The position numbers and the translations under genes were made by a program. The notes below the pieces were generated by a model that saw nothing but the letters and a program-made list of their open reading frames with translations, searched no databases and had not been told where the DNA came from. 64,000 bases of DNA from Candidatus Omnitrophota bacterium (GTDB lineage: Bacteria; Omnitrophota; Gorgyraeia; 2-01-FULL-45-10), in the NCBI GenBank assembly GCA_030695905.1, contig JAUYOL010000036.1:182814-246813 (forward strand), written 5' to 3'. Positions 20,515 to 29,648 of the stretch are shown here, in pieces (position 1 is the first letter of the stretch; the number at the start of each line of letters is the position of its first letter).

Positions 20515-21500
20515 TACTCTCCCCTAAAATAACTTATCGTCTTCTTCAATCCAGTTTCGAGATCTACTTTTGGTTTCCAATTGAGAAATTTTCTCGCTTT
20601 AGTTATATTTGGCCGCCTTACCTTGGGGTCATCCGTTGGCAGCCCTTTAAACACAATCTTGCTCTTGCTTCCGGTCAGCTTGATTATGGTTTTAGCAAGA
20701 TCTATCAACTTCATCTCATTAGGGTTGCCTATATTCACAGGATCATGTTCTTCTGACATCAATAACCTGTATATGCCATCCACGAGATCCGAAACATAAC
20801 AAAAACTTCGCGTCTGAGACCCGGTGCCATAAACCGTAATAGCCTTATTATTCAAAGCCTGATTTATAAAATTAGGTATTGCCCTGCCGTCTTTTTCCCT
20901 CATTCTCACGCCATAGGTATTGAATATACGGACTATCTTTGTATCTACCTTATGAACACGATGGTAAGCCATGGTAATTGCCTCCGCGAATCTCTTGGCT
21001 TCATCGTAAACTCCCCGCGGCCCGACGCTATTAACATTTCCCCAGTAGCTTTCGGGCTGAGGATTCACAAGAGGATCCCCATATACTTCGCTTGTGGATG
21101 CCAGTAAAAATCTTGCTTTTTTCACCTTGGCTACACCTAAGGCATTGTGAGTCCCCAAAGAACCGACTTTAAGTGTTTGGATAGGATACTTAAGATAGTC
21201 TATAGGGCTTGCGGGAGAGGCGAAGTGCAGGACATAATGAACAGGCCCTTTGATTTTAATGGGCTCGGAAATATTATGTTTCATGAATCTGAAATTTCTG
21301 TCTTTAAGCAGATGAGATATGTTGGAGAGCTTGCCGGTTATGAGATTATCAACACAGATGACGTTGTAGCTATTTTTGTTAGAGACAGTCTCCTTCAACG
21401 AGTATTCAACTTTTTGGAGACAGTCTCTTCCTAAAAATAATTCGCATAAATGCGAACCTATAAATCCTGCTCCGCCGGTAATTAAAACTGTTTTTCTCAT
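20514..21500 (-). CDS. uxs: UDP-glucuronate decarboxylase (UDP-xylose synthase) with an N-terminal insertion
   Basis: [37 protein letters not shown]. Confidence 0.88.
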   Translation of the reverse strand: MRKTVLITGGAGFIGSHLCELFLGRDCLQKVEYSLKETVSNKNSYNVICVDNLITGKLSNISHLLKDRNFRFMKHNISEPIKIKGPVHYVLHFASPASPIDYLKYPIQTLKVGSLGTHNALGVAKVKKARFLLASTSEVYGDPLVNPQPESYWGNVNSVGPRGVYDEAKRFAEAITMAYHRVHKVDTKIVRIFNTYGVRMREKDGRAIPNFINQALNNKAITVYGTGSQTRSFCYVSDLVDGIYRLLMSEEHDPVNIGNPNEMKLIDLAKTIIKLTGSKSKIVFKGLPTDDPKVRRPNITKARKFLNWKPKVDLETGLKKTISYFRGE

Positions 21501-21543
21501 GCAACGCTTTCTTTAGAGACAGTCCCATTCTGGGACAGTCTCT
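21381..21543. repeat. Four copies of the palindromic motif GRGACAGTCYC in two pairs, inside coding sequence
   Basis: Copies at 21382-21392, 21417-21427, 21516-21526 and 21532-21542. Confidence 0.8.
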
Positions 21544-22471
21544 TCAACTTGAACCAATCTATCGTTGACTTAAGCCCCTCTTTAAATCCCACTATCTTTT
21601 TCACACCTAACATATTTTTCATCTTACTGATGTCGGCGTAGGTTTTTCTGACATCACCTTGTCTTTTCGGCCCATATACAGGTTTAAGTTTTAATCCCAA
21701 TATTTTATTTGTTTCTCTTATTATATCCAGTATAGATGTAGTGGACCCACATGCTATATTAAAAACCTCTCCTGATATTTTCGGAACAATGCATGCTCTC
21801 AAATTCGCCTCAACCACATTTGCAACATAAGTAAAGTCCCGCGACTGTTTACCGTCCCATTCCGCTATAGGAGATTCGCTTCCCAGCATCTTGGCAAGAA
21901 TAGCGGGTATGGCCGCGGAATATTTGCTTTCGGGGTTTTGTCTGGGGCCAAAGACATTAAAATATCTTAAGCTGACAGTCTCTAATCCGAAGGTCTTCGC
22001 GAATGTAACGCAATAATGTTCCGCCGCCAATTTTGAAACGCCATATGGTGATATGGGCACGGGAAGGTCTGTTTCTTTTTGAGGAAAGCTCTTGGCGTCT
22101 CCATATGCTGAACTCGAAGAAGCGTAGACCACTCTTTTTATTCCGGCTTCCTTAGCCACAACTAAAATATTCAGTGTTCCAAATACGTTTGTATCATTTG
22201 TGGCAATTGGATCTTCAACCGATTTGGCGACAGAGCGCAACGCCGCCTGGTGAATGACATAATCCATGCCCTTCATCGCATCCTTAACTACAGCCGCATC
22301 CCTGATATCGCCTTCGATCAGCTCGATTTTATTTAAAAAAGTTTTAAGATTATCACGATTACCGGTAATAAAGCTATCCAGAACGCGGACTCTTTCCCCG
22401 CGCTTAACCAACTCTTCGGTAATATTCGATCCGATAAATCCCGCTCCGCCTGTAACAAGATATTTAGCCAT
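21497..22471 (-). CDS. UDP-GlcNAc(A) 4-epimerase, WbpP/TviC-like SDR
   Basis: [42 protein letters not shown]. Confidence 0.85.
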   Translation of the reverse strand: MAKYLVTGGAGFIGSNITEELVKRGERVRVLDSFITGNRDNLKTFLNKIELIEGDIRDAAVVKDAMKGMDYVIHQAALRSVAKSVEDPIATNDTNVFGTLNILVVAKEAGIKRVVYASSSSAYGDAKSFPQKETDLPVPISPYGVSKLAAEHYCVTFAKTFGLETVSLRYFNVFGPRQNPESKYSAAIPAILAKMLGSESPIAEWDGKQSRDFTYVANVVEANLRACIVPKISGEVFNIACGSTTSILDIIRETNKILGLKLKPVYGPKRQGDVRKTYADISKMKNMLGVKKIVGFKEGLKSTIDWFKLKRLSQNGTVSKESVA

Positions 22472-22475
22472 ATTT

Positions 22476-25244
22476 TTATAGTTTTATGATATTTGACCTA
22501 TTTTTGATACCCTTCAACGCGTTTCTGGTATCGATAATAACTTTTGAATTCTTCGCTATAAACTGGTAGTCAATATTAGAGTGATCGGTTACTATAACAA
22601 CGCAATCGGCCGAAGCCAACACCTCTTTGGTAAATTTCGCGCGTTTCAAATTAATACCGTCTACTTTAATATATGGAAAATAAGGATCATAATATAAAAC
22701 GTTCGCCTCATTCCTTTCCAATAGTTCGATTATCTCAAACGCCGGTGACTCTCTCAAATCCTGGACGTCTTTCTTATATGCCACTCCTATAAGCAATACC
22801 TTGGCACCTTTAAGCGCTTTCTTCTTTTTATTAAGCGCGCTGATTATCTTTTCCACTACATAGTGCGGCATGCGGCCGTTTATTTCCGACGCTAAATCTA
22901 TAAATCTCGCTTCAAAACCATGCGCTCTTGCCTTCCACGATAGATACAAAGGATCTATGGGAATGCAATTATGAGTAAGTATGCCATATGATGTTACAAA
23001 AGTATTGGTATCCCGCACTTCCATAGAATAGACTTTGCTTGCTTTAGAGTAGGATATGTCTTTAATTTTTGTAGTCGCGAAATTTGTATATAAATTGAAG
23101 TTTTTGTTTGGTATTATTTTCCTGCTTTTTTCAAGATAAGACTTAATTCGCCCCGCTTTCTCTCCAAGAAACATGCTTCTCAATCTTTTAAGTTGACCGT
23201 ACCCGAACATGTTTAACAGATTTTTTCTTTTCTTGAAGCTTGGCATAAAGCCTAAATCCTGTAGTAGAAGCACCATTTGATTAAACAGGGTATCGCTTAT
23301 TGTGAAATAATTTACTGTGGCCGAATTAAAATTATGCTTATATATTTTCCCGTTCTTACAATAGGCTCTCTTTCCGCTAGAACTGTCTACGCCGCCGTCT
23401 CCTCTCAATAACCCCATAATTAGATGAAGCTTCAATTTTTTCGGCAAGAGCATAAATCGCTGAGGAATTTTCATAGAGTAAGAATCAACGCCGCAGCCCA
23501 GTATATCTCTTAAGAGGTAACCGAAAATATTTGACGATATCTTAATGCAGGTGCTGTTCCATTTCTTTGAATTATATTCTGAGTAACAGATACCCTTCTC
23601 TTTAAGGAACAACCTGATATCGTTAAGGTATTGCGATTCATTCCTGTTAAATGTTAATCTCGTTCTTATAGATTTATCTACCGTTATACAGCCTTCGCTT
23701 AAATAATAACCGATAAACCTTAGGAAATCTTCGTCAACATCCATAACCGCCGGAATGCTTTGGTATGAAGGCCCGCGACCTGTACAAAGCATGAGATCTT
23801 CTCTATTAACCGGCCAGCTCATCTTGCCTTCCAGCGATAGATATACATTTAACGGAAGATAGCCGGCTTTAAAATAGTCATCCAGACTGGCTTTTGCGCC
23901 GGGTGCCGACCTTTGCTTTATTTCTTTCTTAAAATCGCGCCATTCAAAATATGTTCCCTTGACTCTTATACCGCTTACAAAATTCCGCTGTTTTAGAAAT
24001 TCTATCAAATCTATCCATGAGTCCTCTTTTTTGACAGATTCTTCCGGAAGATTGAGGATAACAGGTATCTCATCGTTTAATTCAAGCTCGTCGGCAAATT
24101 TGACGCCCAATTGACCGCCCTTGTTAACTATCATCGGATGCTTGGATGTAACGGATATAGCGCGGCTATCCTGCGTCTTAATATTGATTATATCCCCATT
24201 ATAGGGCCTTTCCGAAAGCATGCTGACTTCTTTAAAGCATGATCCATTGCCTATCGGGTCATAAGATAGCACCTTTTTAGAAATAGGCCTTATAAATGTT
24301 GCCCCTTTAACTCTATGCAGTCTCGAATTTGGGTTTTTCCCCGATTCGCTGACAAAATCAGATATCTTTATAGGCCTGAATCCCGAGGCTTCCTTATCCT
24401 TCACGAATATGTATTCATCCTTTGTTAAACAGTGGCCGCCTACGCCGGGCCCTGGATAGAATGGCATAAAGCCATACGGTTTCGTCTTTGCCGCTTCGAT
24501 GACTTCCCAAATGTTGATGCCGAGCTTATCACACATCAACGCAAGCTCGTTCACAAGGCCCAAATTAACTATCCTGAATGTATTTTCAAGCAGCTTAGTC
24601 ATCTCTGCTGCCTTAGCCGAAGAGACAGGCATGACTTTATCTATTATTTGATTATATAAAATGGTTCCGATTTGTGTGGAGCTTTCGGATATGCCGCCCA
24701 AAACCTTAGGAATATTTGTGACAAAATATTTCGCGTTACCCGGATCTATCCTCTCCGGCGAAAATGCCAGATAAAAATCTTTGCATTCTTTAAGCCCTGT
24801 CGATTCTAAAATAGGCAACATAACTTCTTCGGTAGTGCCGGGATATGTGGTAGACTCCAATACGACTATCTGTCCGTGCTTCATGTGCTTCTTTATCATC
24901 TGGGTCGCGGAAACTATAAAAGAAACATCCGGCTCTTTGGTCTTTAATAAAGGTGTCGGCACGCATACTATAAAAGCGTCCAATCTTTTGATATTACTCA
25001 AATCCGTTGTTACAGTCAGCGAACCGTCTTTCTGTAACGCGACTATCTCCCGGGGCTTTAAGTCCAATATATAAGACTGCCCTTTCTTTAATCTTGCGAC
25101 ACGGTCCTTGTCGACATCTATGCCCCACACCTTAAACCCTTTTTTGGCAAATGCCATGGCAAGCGGCAGCCCTACATAGCCTAAGCCTATCACGCCTATC
25201 TTTGCTTTCTTGGTAAGAATTTTATTCTTCAAGGTATCAAACAT
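22476..25244 (-). CDS. UDP-N-acetylhexosamine 6-dehydrogenase (WbpA/TviB/WecC type) precursor containing an intein; 434 aa after splicing
   Basis: GLGYVGLP, ESTTYPGTT, SPERIDPG; the catalytic motif GVGGH|CIPIDP is split by 488 aa. Confidence 0.92.
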   Translation of the reverse strand: MFDTLKNKILTKKAKIGVIGLGYVGLPLAMAFAKKGFKVWGIDVDKDRVARLKKGQSYILDLKPREIVALQKDGSLTVTTDLSNIKRLDAFIVCVPTPLLKTKEPDVSFIVSATQMIKKHMKHGQIVVLESTTYPGTTEEVMLPILESTGLKECKDFYLAFSPERIDPGNAKYFVTNIPKVLGGISESSTQIGTILYNQIIDKVMPVSSAKAAEMTKLLENTFRIVNLGLVNELALMCDKLGINIWEVIEAAKTKPYGFMPFYPGPGVGGHCLTKDEYIFVKDKEASGFRPIKISDFVSESGKNPNSRLHRVKGATFIRPISKKVLSYDPIGNGSCFKEVSMLSERPYNGDIINIKTQDSRAISVTSKHPMIVNKGGQLGVKFADELELNDEIPVILNLPEESVKKEDSWIDLIEFLKQRNFVSGIRVKGTYFEWRDFKKEIKQRSAPGAKASLDDYFKAGYLPLNVYLSLEGKMSWPVNREDLMLCTGRGPSYQSIPAVMDVDEDFLRFIGYYLSEGCITVDKSIRTRLTFNRNESQYLNDIRLFLKEKGICYSEYNSKKWNSTCIKISSNIFGYLLRDILGCGVDSYSMKIPQRFMLLPKKLKLHLIMGLLRGDGGVDSSSGKRAYCKNGKIYKHNFNSATVNYFTISDTLFNQMVLLLQDLGFMPSFKKRKNLLNMFGYGQLKRLRSMFLGEKAGRIKSYLEKSRKIIPNKNFNLYTNFATTKIKDISYSKASKVYSMEVRDTNTFVTSYGILTHNCIPIDPLYLSWKARAHGFEARFIDLASEINGRMPHYVVEKIISALNKKKKALKGAKVLLIGVAYKKDVQDLRESPAFEIIELLERNEANVLYYDPYFPYIKVDGINLKRAKFTKEVLASADCVVIVTDHSNIDYQFIAKNSKVIIDTRNALKGIKNRSNIIKL
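22968..24431 (-). mobile_element. Intein with LAGLIDADG homing endonuclease (aa 272-759)
   Basis: Block A CLTKDEYIFV, block B VTSKHPM, LAGLIDADG-like FIGYYLSEG and IMGLLRGDG, block F/G VYSMEV...THN followed by C+1. Confidence 0.95.
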
Positions 25245-26145
25245 AATCTTTTAATGCCTCCTGCCAATTGCGCATCCTATAACCTGTAAATTTCATGAAC
25301 TTTGAATTATCCAATATCGACATCGCCGGACGTTTCGCGGGGGAGTTTAATTCTTTTGAAGATATCGGAAGAACTCTCGTCTTTGATCCCGCCAATTTCA
25401 ATATTTTTCTGGCATAACTAAACCACGAAACGCTTCCCGAATTCGAAACATGATAAACACCAGCCCACCGCTGCGGTGTAGTCAGCGAAAACAACTTGTC
25501 ATCGCGGCGGTGCAACAATACGTGTATCGCTTTGCTTAAATCCTTCGTGTACGTCGGCGATCCCACCTGGTCATCAACGACTTTCAAGGCCTTTTCACTC
25601 TTTGCCTTCGCAATAATAGTATCCACAAAATTTTTGCCATGCTTACCATAAAGCCAACTGGTGCGAAGAATAAAATATTTTTTAAGCGTATTTCTTATAG
25701 ATTCTTCGCCTTTCAGCTTTGAATCTCCATATATGCTTAAGGGGTTTACCTTGTCCGTTTCTTTATATAGATTTTTCTTTTTACCGTCGAATACGAAATC
25801 GGTGCTGATGTATATTAAAACGGCGTCCGCCTCTTTACAGGCCAACGCGACATTTTTTGCACCTTCGGCGTTTACCTTATACGCCTTTTTCGGATTAAGC
25901 TCGCAGCCATCGACATCCGTCATCGCCGCTGTGTGTATAATAATATCGGGATGAAGCTTATTCATAACCTTGGAAATGCTACGTTTATCGGTTATGTCGC
26001 ACCTTGTGAAGCTGTAAGCTGTAAGCTTTAAGCTATAAGCTAAATCCGCCCCATACACTTGATAGTCTTTTTTCAGCTCCTGACAAAGATCGGTCCCTAG
26101 CATTCCGCTCGAGCCTGTAACTAATATTTTATATCTTTTCGGCAT
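25237..26145 (-). CDS. rmlD: dTDP-4-dehydrorhamnose reductase
   Basis: TGSSGMLG, ISTDFVFDG, YGDSK, VVDDQVGSPT, AKRPAMS. Confidence 0.93.
   Translation of the reverse strand: MPKRYKILVTGSSGMLGTDLCQELKKDYQVYGADLAYSLKLTAYSFTRCDITDKRSISKVMNKLHPDIIIHTAAMTDVDGCELNPKKAYKVNAEGAKNVALACKEADAVLIYISTDFVFDGKKKNLYKETDKVNPLSIYGDSKLKGEESIRNTLKKYFILRTSWLYGKHGKNFVDTIIAKAKSEKALKVVDDQVGSPTYTKDLSKAIHVLLHRRDDKLFSLTTPQRWAGVYHVSNSGSVSWFSYARKILKLAGSKTRVLPISSKELNSPAKRPAMSILDNSKFMKFTGYRMRNWQEALKDYV
26009..26043 (+). repeat. Five imperfect 7-bp tandem repeats (AAGCTDW) within rmlD
   Basis: aagctgt aagctgt aagcttt aagctat aagctaa. Confidence 0.8.
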
Positions 26146-27101
26146 TTAATTAATTTCTGCCACCAGGCTGTGTTCTTCTTGTACCACTCTATAGTAAGTT
26201 CAAGCGCGTATTTAAAATCATGCTTTGGTTTCCAACCGAGCGCTTTTAGCTTCGTTATATCAAGCGCGTACCTCTTATCATGGCCGGGCCTGTCTTTGAC
26301 ATACTCTATCATGCTTTCATCTTTTCCTAAAAGCGCAAGCATCGCGTGCGTCAATTCGATATTTGTAGTCTCGCCGCCGACACCTATATTATAAATTTCT
26401 CCGACTTTCCCCTTATGCATGACAACATCTATGGCCTCGCAATTATCCACTACATAGAGCCAGTCCCGCACATTCATCCCGTCGGCATATAAAGGAATCT
26501 TCTTATCCTGCAATAGATTCGTTACAAACAGAGGTATTACTTTTTCCGGATACTGGTACGGCCCGAAATTATTAGAGCTTCTCGTTATGATCACCGGCAA
26601 GCCATAAGTAACAAAATAGGACCTTGCTAATAAGTCCGCGCCGGCTTTACTCGCTGAATATGGGCTGTTGGGCTCCAAAGGATCCGTCTCTTTAGAATAA
26701 CCTTTGGGAATACTTCCATATACCTCATCGGTAGAGATCTGAATATACAATTCCGCCCCGACTTTCTTTACCATTTCCAATAAAGTATATGTACCAAATA
26801 CATTCGTCTTGATAAAGACCGAAGGGTCTTTTATCGACCTGTCCACATGTGTTTCTGCCGCGAAATTTACTACGCAATCGCTGCCTTTAACCAGCTTTTC
26901 AACGACTTTTGCGTCTGTAATGTCACCCTTTACGAATTTATATCGCTTATTCTTTTTAATGTCTTTCAGGTTTTCGAGATTGCCGCAATAGGTGAGATTA
27001 TCAATATTGGTAATACGATAGTCCTCGTATTTACCTAACATATAACGTATGAAGTTTGAACCGATAAATCCGGCTCCGCCAGTCACAAGTAGTTTTTTCA
27101 T
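26121..27101 (-). CDS. rmlB: dTDP-glucose 4,6-dehydratase
   Basis: NFAAETHVDRSI, ISTDEVYG, SPYSASK, DRPGHDKRY; start at 27101 (ATGA overlap). Confidence 0.95.
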   Translation of the reverse strand: MKKLLVTGGAGFIGSNFIRYMLGKYEDYRITNIDNLTYCGNLENLKDIKKNKRYKFVKGDITDAKVVEKLVKGSDCVVNFAAETHVDRSIKDPSVFIKTNVFGTYTLLEMVKKVGAELYIQISTDEVYGSIPKGYSKETDPLEPNSPYSASKAGADLLARSYFVTYGLPVIITRSSNNFGPYQYPEKVIPLFVTNLLQDKKIPLYADGMNVRDWLYVVDNCEAIDVVMHKGKVGEIYNIGVGGETTNIELTHAMLALLGKDESMIEYVKDRPGHDKRYALDITKLKALGWKPKHDFKYALELTIEWYKKNTAWWQKLIKCRKDIKY

Positions 27102-27826
27102 TTGGTCAATTTCTTCGCTACTAATATATTCGCCCTTAACAGTGAATCGAAAGTTCCCGAATCCGTCCACCAGCCGTCGAGAATATTGTAAGTAAGTTCG
27201 CCGCGCCTTATATATTCATTATTAACATCAGTTATCTCGAGCTCGCCGCGCCTGGACGGCTTCAGTGTCTTAGCTATCTCAAATACTTTTGAATCATACA
27301 TATAGATACCGGTAATGGCGTAATCGGATTTGGGCTTTTTGGGCTTTTCCTCTATAGACACTACATTCTTACCCCTAAACTCGGCGACTCCGAATCTCTC
27401 CGGATCCTCAACCTTCTTCAAGAGTATCTTCGCGCCCTTCGGCTGTTTTCTAAAATCTTCTACGGCCTTTTTTATACCCTTTTCGATTATATTGTCACCC
27501 AGGATCACCACTATCTTGTCATTGTCGGCAAAGTGTTCGGCAAGTTTCAGCGCCTCGGCTATCCCGCCCTCGCCTTCTTGATAAGTGTAATTTATATGCT
27601 TCAGGCCGAAATCCTTGCCATTACCGAGAAGGCGCAGAAATTCTCCCGCATGATTTCCGCCGGTCACTATCAATATATCCTTAATACCGGCATCGACGAG
27701 CGTCTGTATGGGATAATAGATCATCGGCTTATTAAAAACAGGCAGTAGATGCTTATTGGAGATCCTCGTCAAAGGATAGAGCCGCTTTCCCAAGCCCCCG
27801 GCTAAGATTACGCCTTTCAATCCCAT
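27098..27826 (-). CDS. rmlA: Glucose-1-phosphate thymidylyltransferase (short form)
   Basis: LAGGLGKRLYPLT, LGDN, EEKP, PSRRGELEITD, WWTDSGT. Confidence 0.9.
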   Translation of the reverse strand: MGLKGVILAGGLGKRLYPLTRISNKHLLPVFNKPMIYYPIQTLVDAGIKDILIVTGGNHAGEFLRLLGNGKDFGLKHINYTYQEGEGGIAEALKLAEHFADNDKIVVILGDNIIEKGIKKAVEDFRKQPKGAKILLKKVEDPERFGVAEFRGKNVVSIEEKPKKPKSDYAITGIYMYDSKVFEIAKTLKPSRRGELEITDVNNEYIRRGELTYNILDGWWTDSGTFDSLLRANILVAKKLTK

Positions 27827-27829
27827 GTA

Positions 27830-28276
27830 TTACTTTCTCCAGTCGTAGTTAATATCATTATCATAAGCATCCAAACGCTCTTCATCCGGTTTTTTGTAAT
27901 TATAAGGAAGCGTAGGAGTATTGATAACTATAGACTCGCAATCTGCTATGCCCTTAAATCCGTGGTAAACCATTTTGGGGATAGTAACGAGTATCGGGTC
28001 ATCTGTGGATAATATGAATTCATTAACTTCTTTATAGGTAGGCGATTTTTCCCGCGCGTCGTATAACGCAAGTCTTATCTTGCCGTGCACACAGGCAAAA
28101 TTATCATTCTGTTTCTGATGAAAATGCCACGCCTTTACCACGCCCGGATAAGTAGTCGTCATATATACTTGCCCGAATTTCTTGAAGACTTTGTCGTCGC
28201 AGCGCAAGATTTCCATAAGCCTGCCGCGCTTATCCGGGATAATTTTTAATTTTTTAACTTTAACGCCTTTAATCAT
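27830..28276 (-). CDS. rmlC: dTDP-4-dehydrorhamnose 3,5-epimerase (short cupin type)
   Basis: DKRGRLMEILR, PGVVKAWHFH, YHGFK. Confidence 0.85.
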   Translation of the reverse strand: MIKGVKVKKLKIIPDKRGRLMEILRCDDKVFKKFGQVYMTTTYPGVVKAWHFHQKQNDNFACVHGKIRLALYDAREKSPTYKEVNEFILSTDDPILVTIPKMVYHGFKGIADCESIVINTPTLPYNYKKPDEERLDAYDNDINYDWRK

Positions 28277-29570
28277 GGCCCCTGCCTATCCCCTCGTATC
28301 TAAATCCAAGCTTCTTCATCTGGGCCGGATTATAAATATTTCTTCCGTCAACTATAACAGGCTGTCTCATTATTTTCTTTATCTTCTTAAAGTCCAACTC
28401 CTTAAATTCATTCCATTCCGTAGCCACAATAATACAATCGCTGTCTTTAGCGGCCTGGTAAGCGTCTTTGCAGAATTCAACGCTCGCCTTCAACCGCTCT
28501 TTGGCCTTAGCCATCGCGACAGGATCATACACTTTAACGCGCACACCTTCTTTGAGAAGCGCCTCTATGATCTCCATGGCAGGAGCTTCTCTTAAATCGT
28601 CCGTCCCCGGTTTAAAAGACAACCCTAAAACACCGACTGTTTTTTTAGGCAGGTTCCATAATAAAGCTTCTATCTTCTTTATCGCCAGCCTCTTCTGCTC
28701 CCTGTTTACATTTTGAACCTCTTTTAGTATGCCGAAATCATAACCTATCTTTCCGGCTATGTGAACAAACGCGTCGAGATCCTTCGGGAAGCATGATCCG
28801 CCAAAGCCTATCCCAGCATTTAAAAAATCTTTCGATATCCTTTTGTCGAGCCCCATGCCGCGCGCGACATCCACGATATCCGCGCCGACCTTATCACAGA
28901 TATTGGCTACAGAGTTTATGAAGGATATCTTTGTCGCAAGAAATGAATTTGAGGCGTGTTTTATCAGTTCCGCGCTCTTTATATTTGTAACGACTATCGG
29001 CGCCTTGAGAGGCTTGTATAATTCGGTAAGAATATCCGCGGCCTTTTTAGACTTGACCCCAACGACAACCCTGTCGGGATTCATGAAATCTTCGATAGCG
29101 GTCCCCTCTTTTAAAAATTCGGGGTTGGACACTACATCGAATTTTATCTTGCGCTTATTGAATATATTTATGGTATGCTCGACCCACTCGCCTGTATTTA
29201 CCGGGACGGTGGACTTATCCACAATCAGCTTATAAGAAGACATCGAAAGAGCTATCTCTCGCGCCACATTTTCGACATATGTCATATCCGCGTCGCCGTT
29301 ATCCTTGGGCGGGGTCGGCACACAGACGAAGATCACTTCAGACTTTTTTACCCCATCTTTTAAACGGCTGGTAAAAGTGATTCGGCCCTCTTTAACATTT
29401 CGCTTAACAAGTTCTTCAAGGCCGGGCTCGTAAATAGGCATTATGCCTTTTTTTAGCTTGGAGATCTTGCTTTCGTTATTATCAACACATATAACATCAT
29501 TGCCAAGATCCGCAAAGCAAGCGCCTGTGACCAAACCTACATAGCCTGAACCTACAATCGTTATATTCAT
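28269..29570 (-). CDS. ugd: UDP-glucose 6-dehydrogenase
   Basis: GSGYVGLV, KSTVPV, SNPEFLKEG, GFGGSCFPKD, GLSFKPGTDDLRE. Confidence 0.95.
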   Translation of the reverse strand: MNITIVGSGYVGLVTGACFADLGNDVICVDNNESKISKLKKGIMPIYEPGLEELVKRNVKEGRITFTSRLKDGVKKSEVIFVCVPTPPKDNGDADMTYVENVAREIALSMSSYKLIVDKSTVPVNTGEWVEHTINIFNKRKIKFDVVSNPEFLKEGTAIEDFMNPDRVVVGVKSKKAADILTELYKPLKAPIVVTNIKSAELIKHASNSFLATKISFINSVANICDKVGADIVDVARGMGLDKRISKDFLNAGIGFGGSCFPKDLDAFVHIAGKIGYDFGILKEVQNVNREQKRLAIKKIEALLWNLPKKTVGVLGLSFKPGTDDLREAPAMEIIEALLKEGVRVKVYDPVAMAKAKERLKASVEFCKDAYQAAKDSDCIIVATEWNEFKELDFKKIKKIMRQPVIVDGRNIYNPAQMKKLGFRYEGIGRGHD

Positions 29571-29648
29571 ATCGTAACCCCTATATTATAAGCTAAATAT
29601 TATAGCAAGAAATGTACGGTAGGTCTATAGAAAAAACTAGATTTTACG

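Noticed and set aside
21381-21543. CRISPR array
   Set aside because: Repeats are only 11 bp, irregularly spaced and inside ORFs; no cas genes
22968-24431. Group I intron or chimeric assembly
   Set aside because: The frame is continuous and has canonical Cys...His-Asn/Cys splice junctions, so it is an intein
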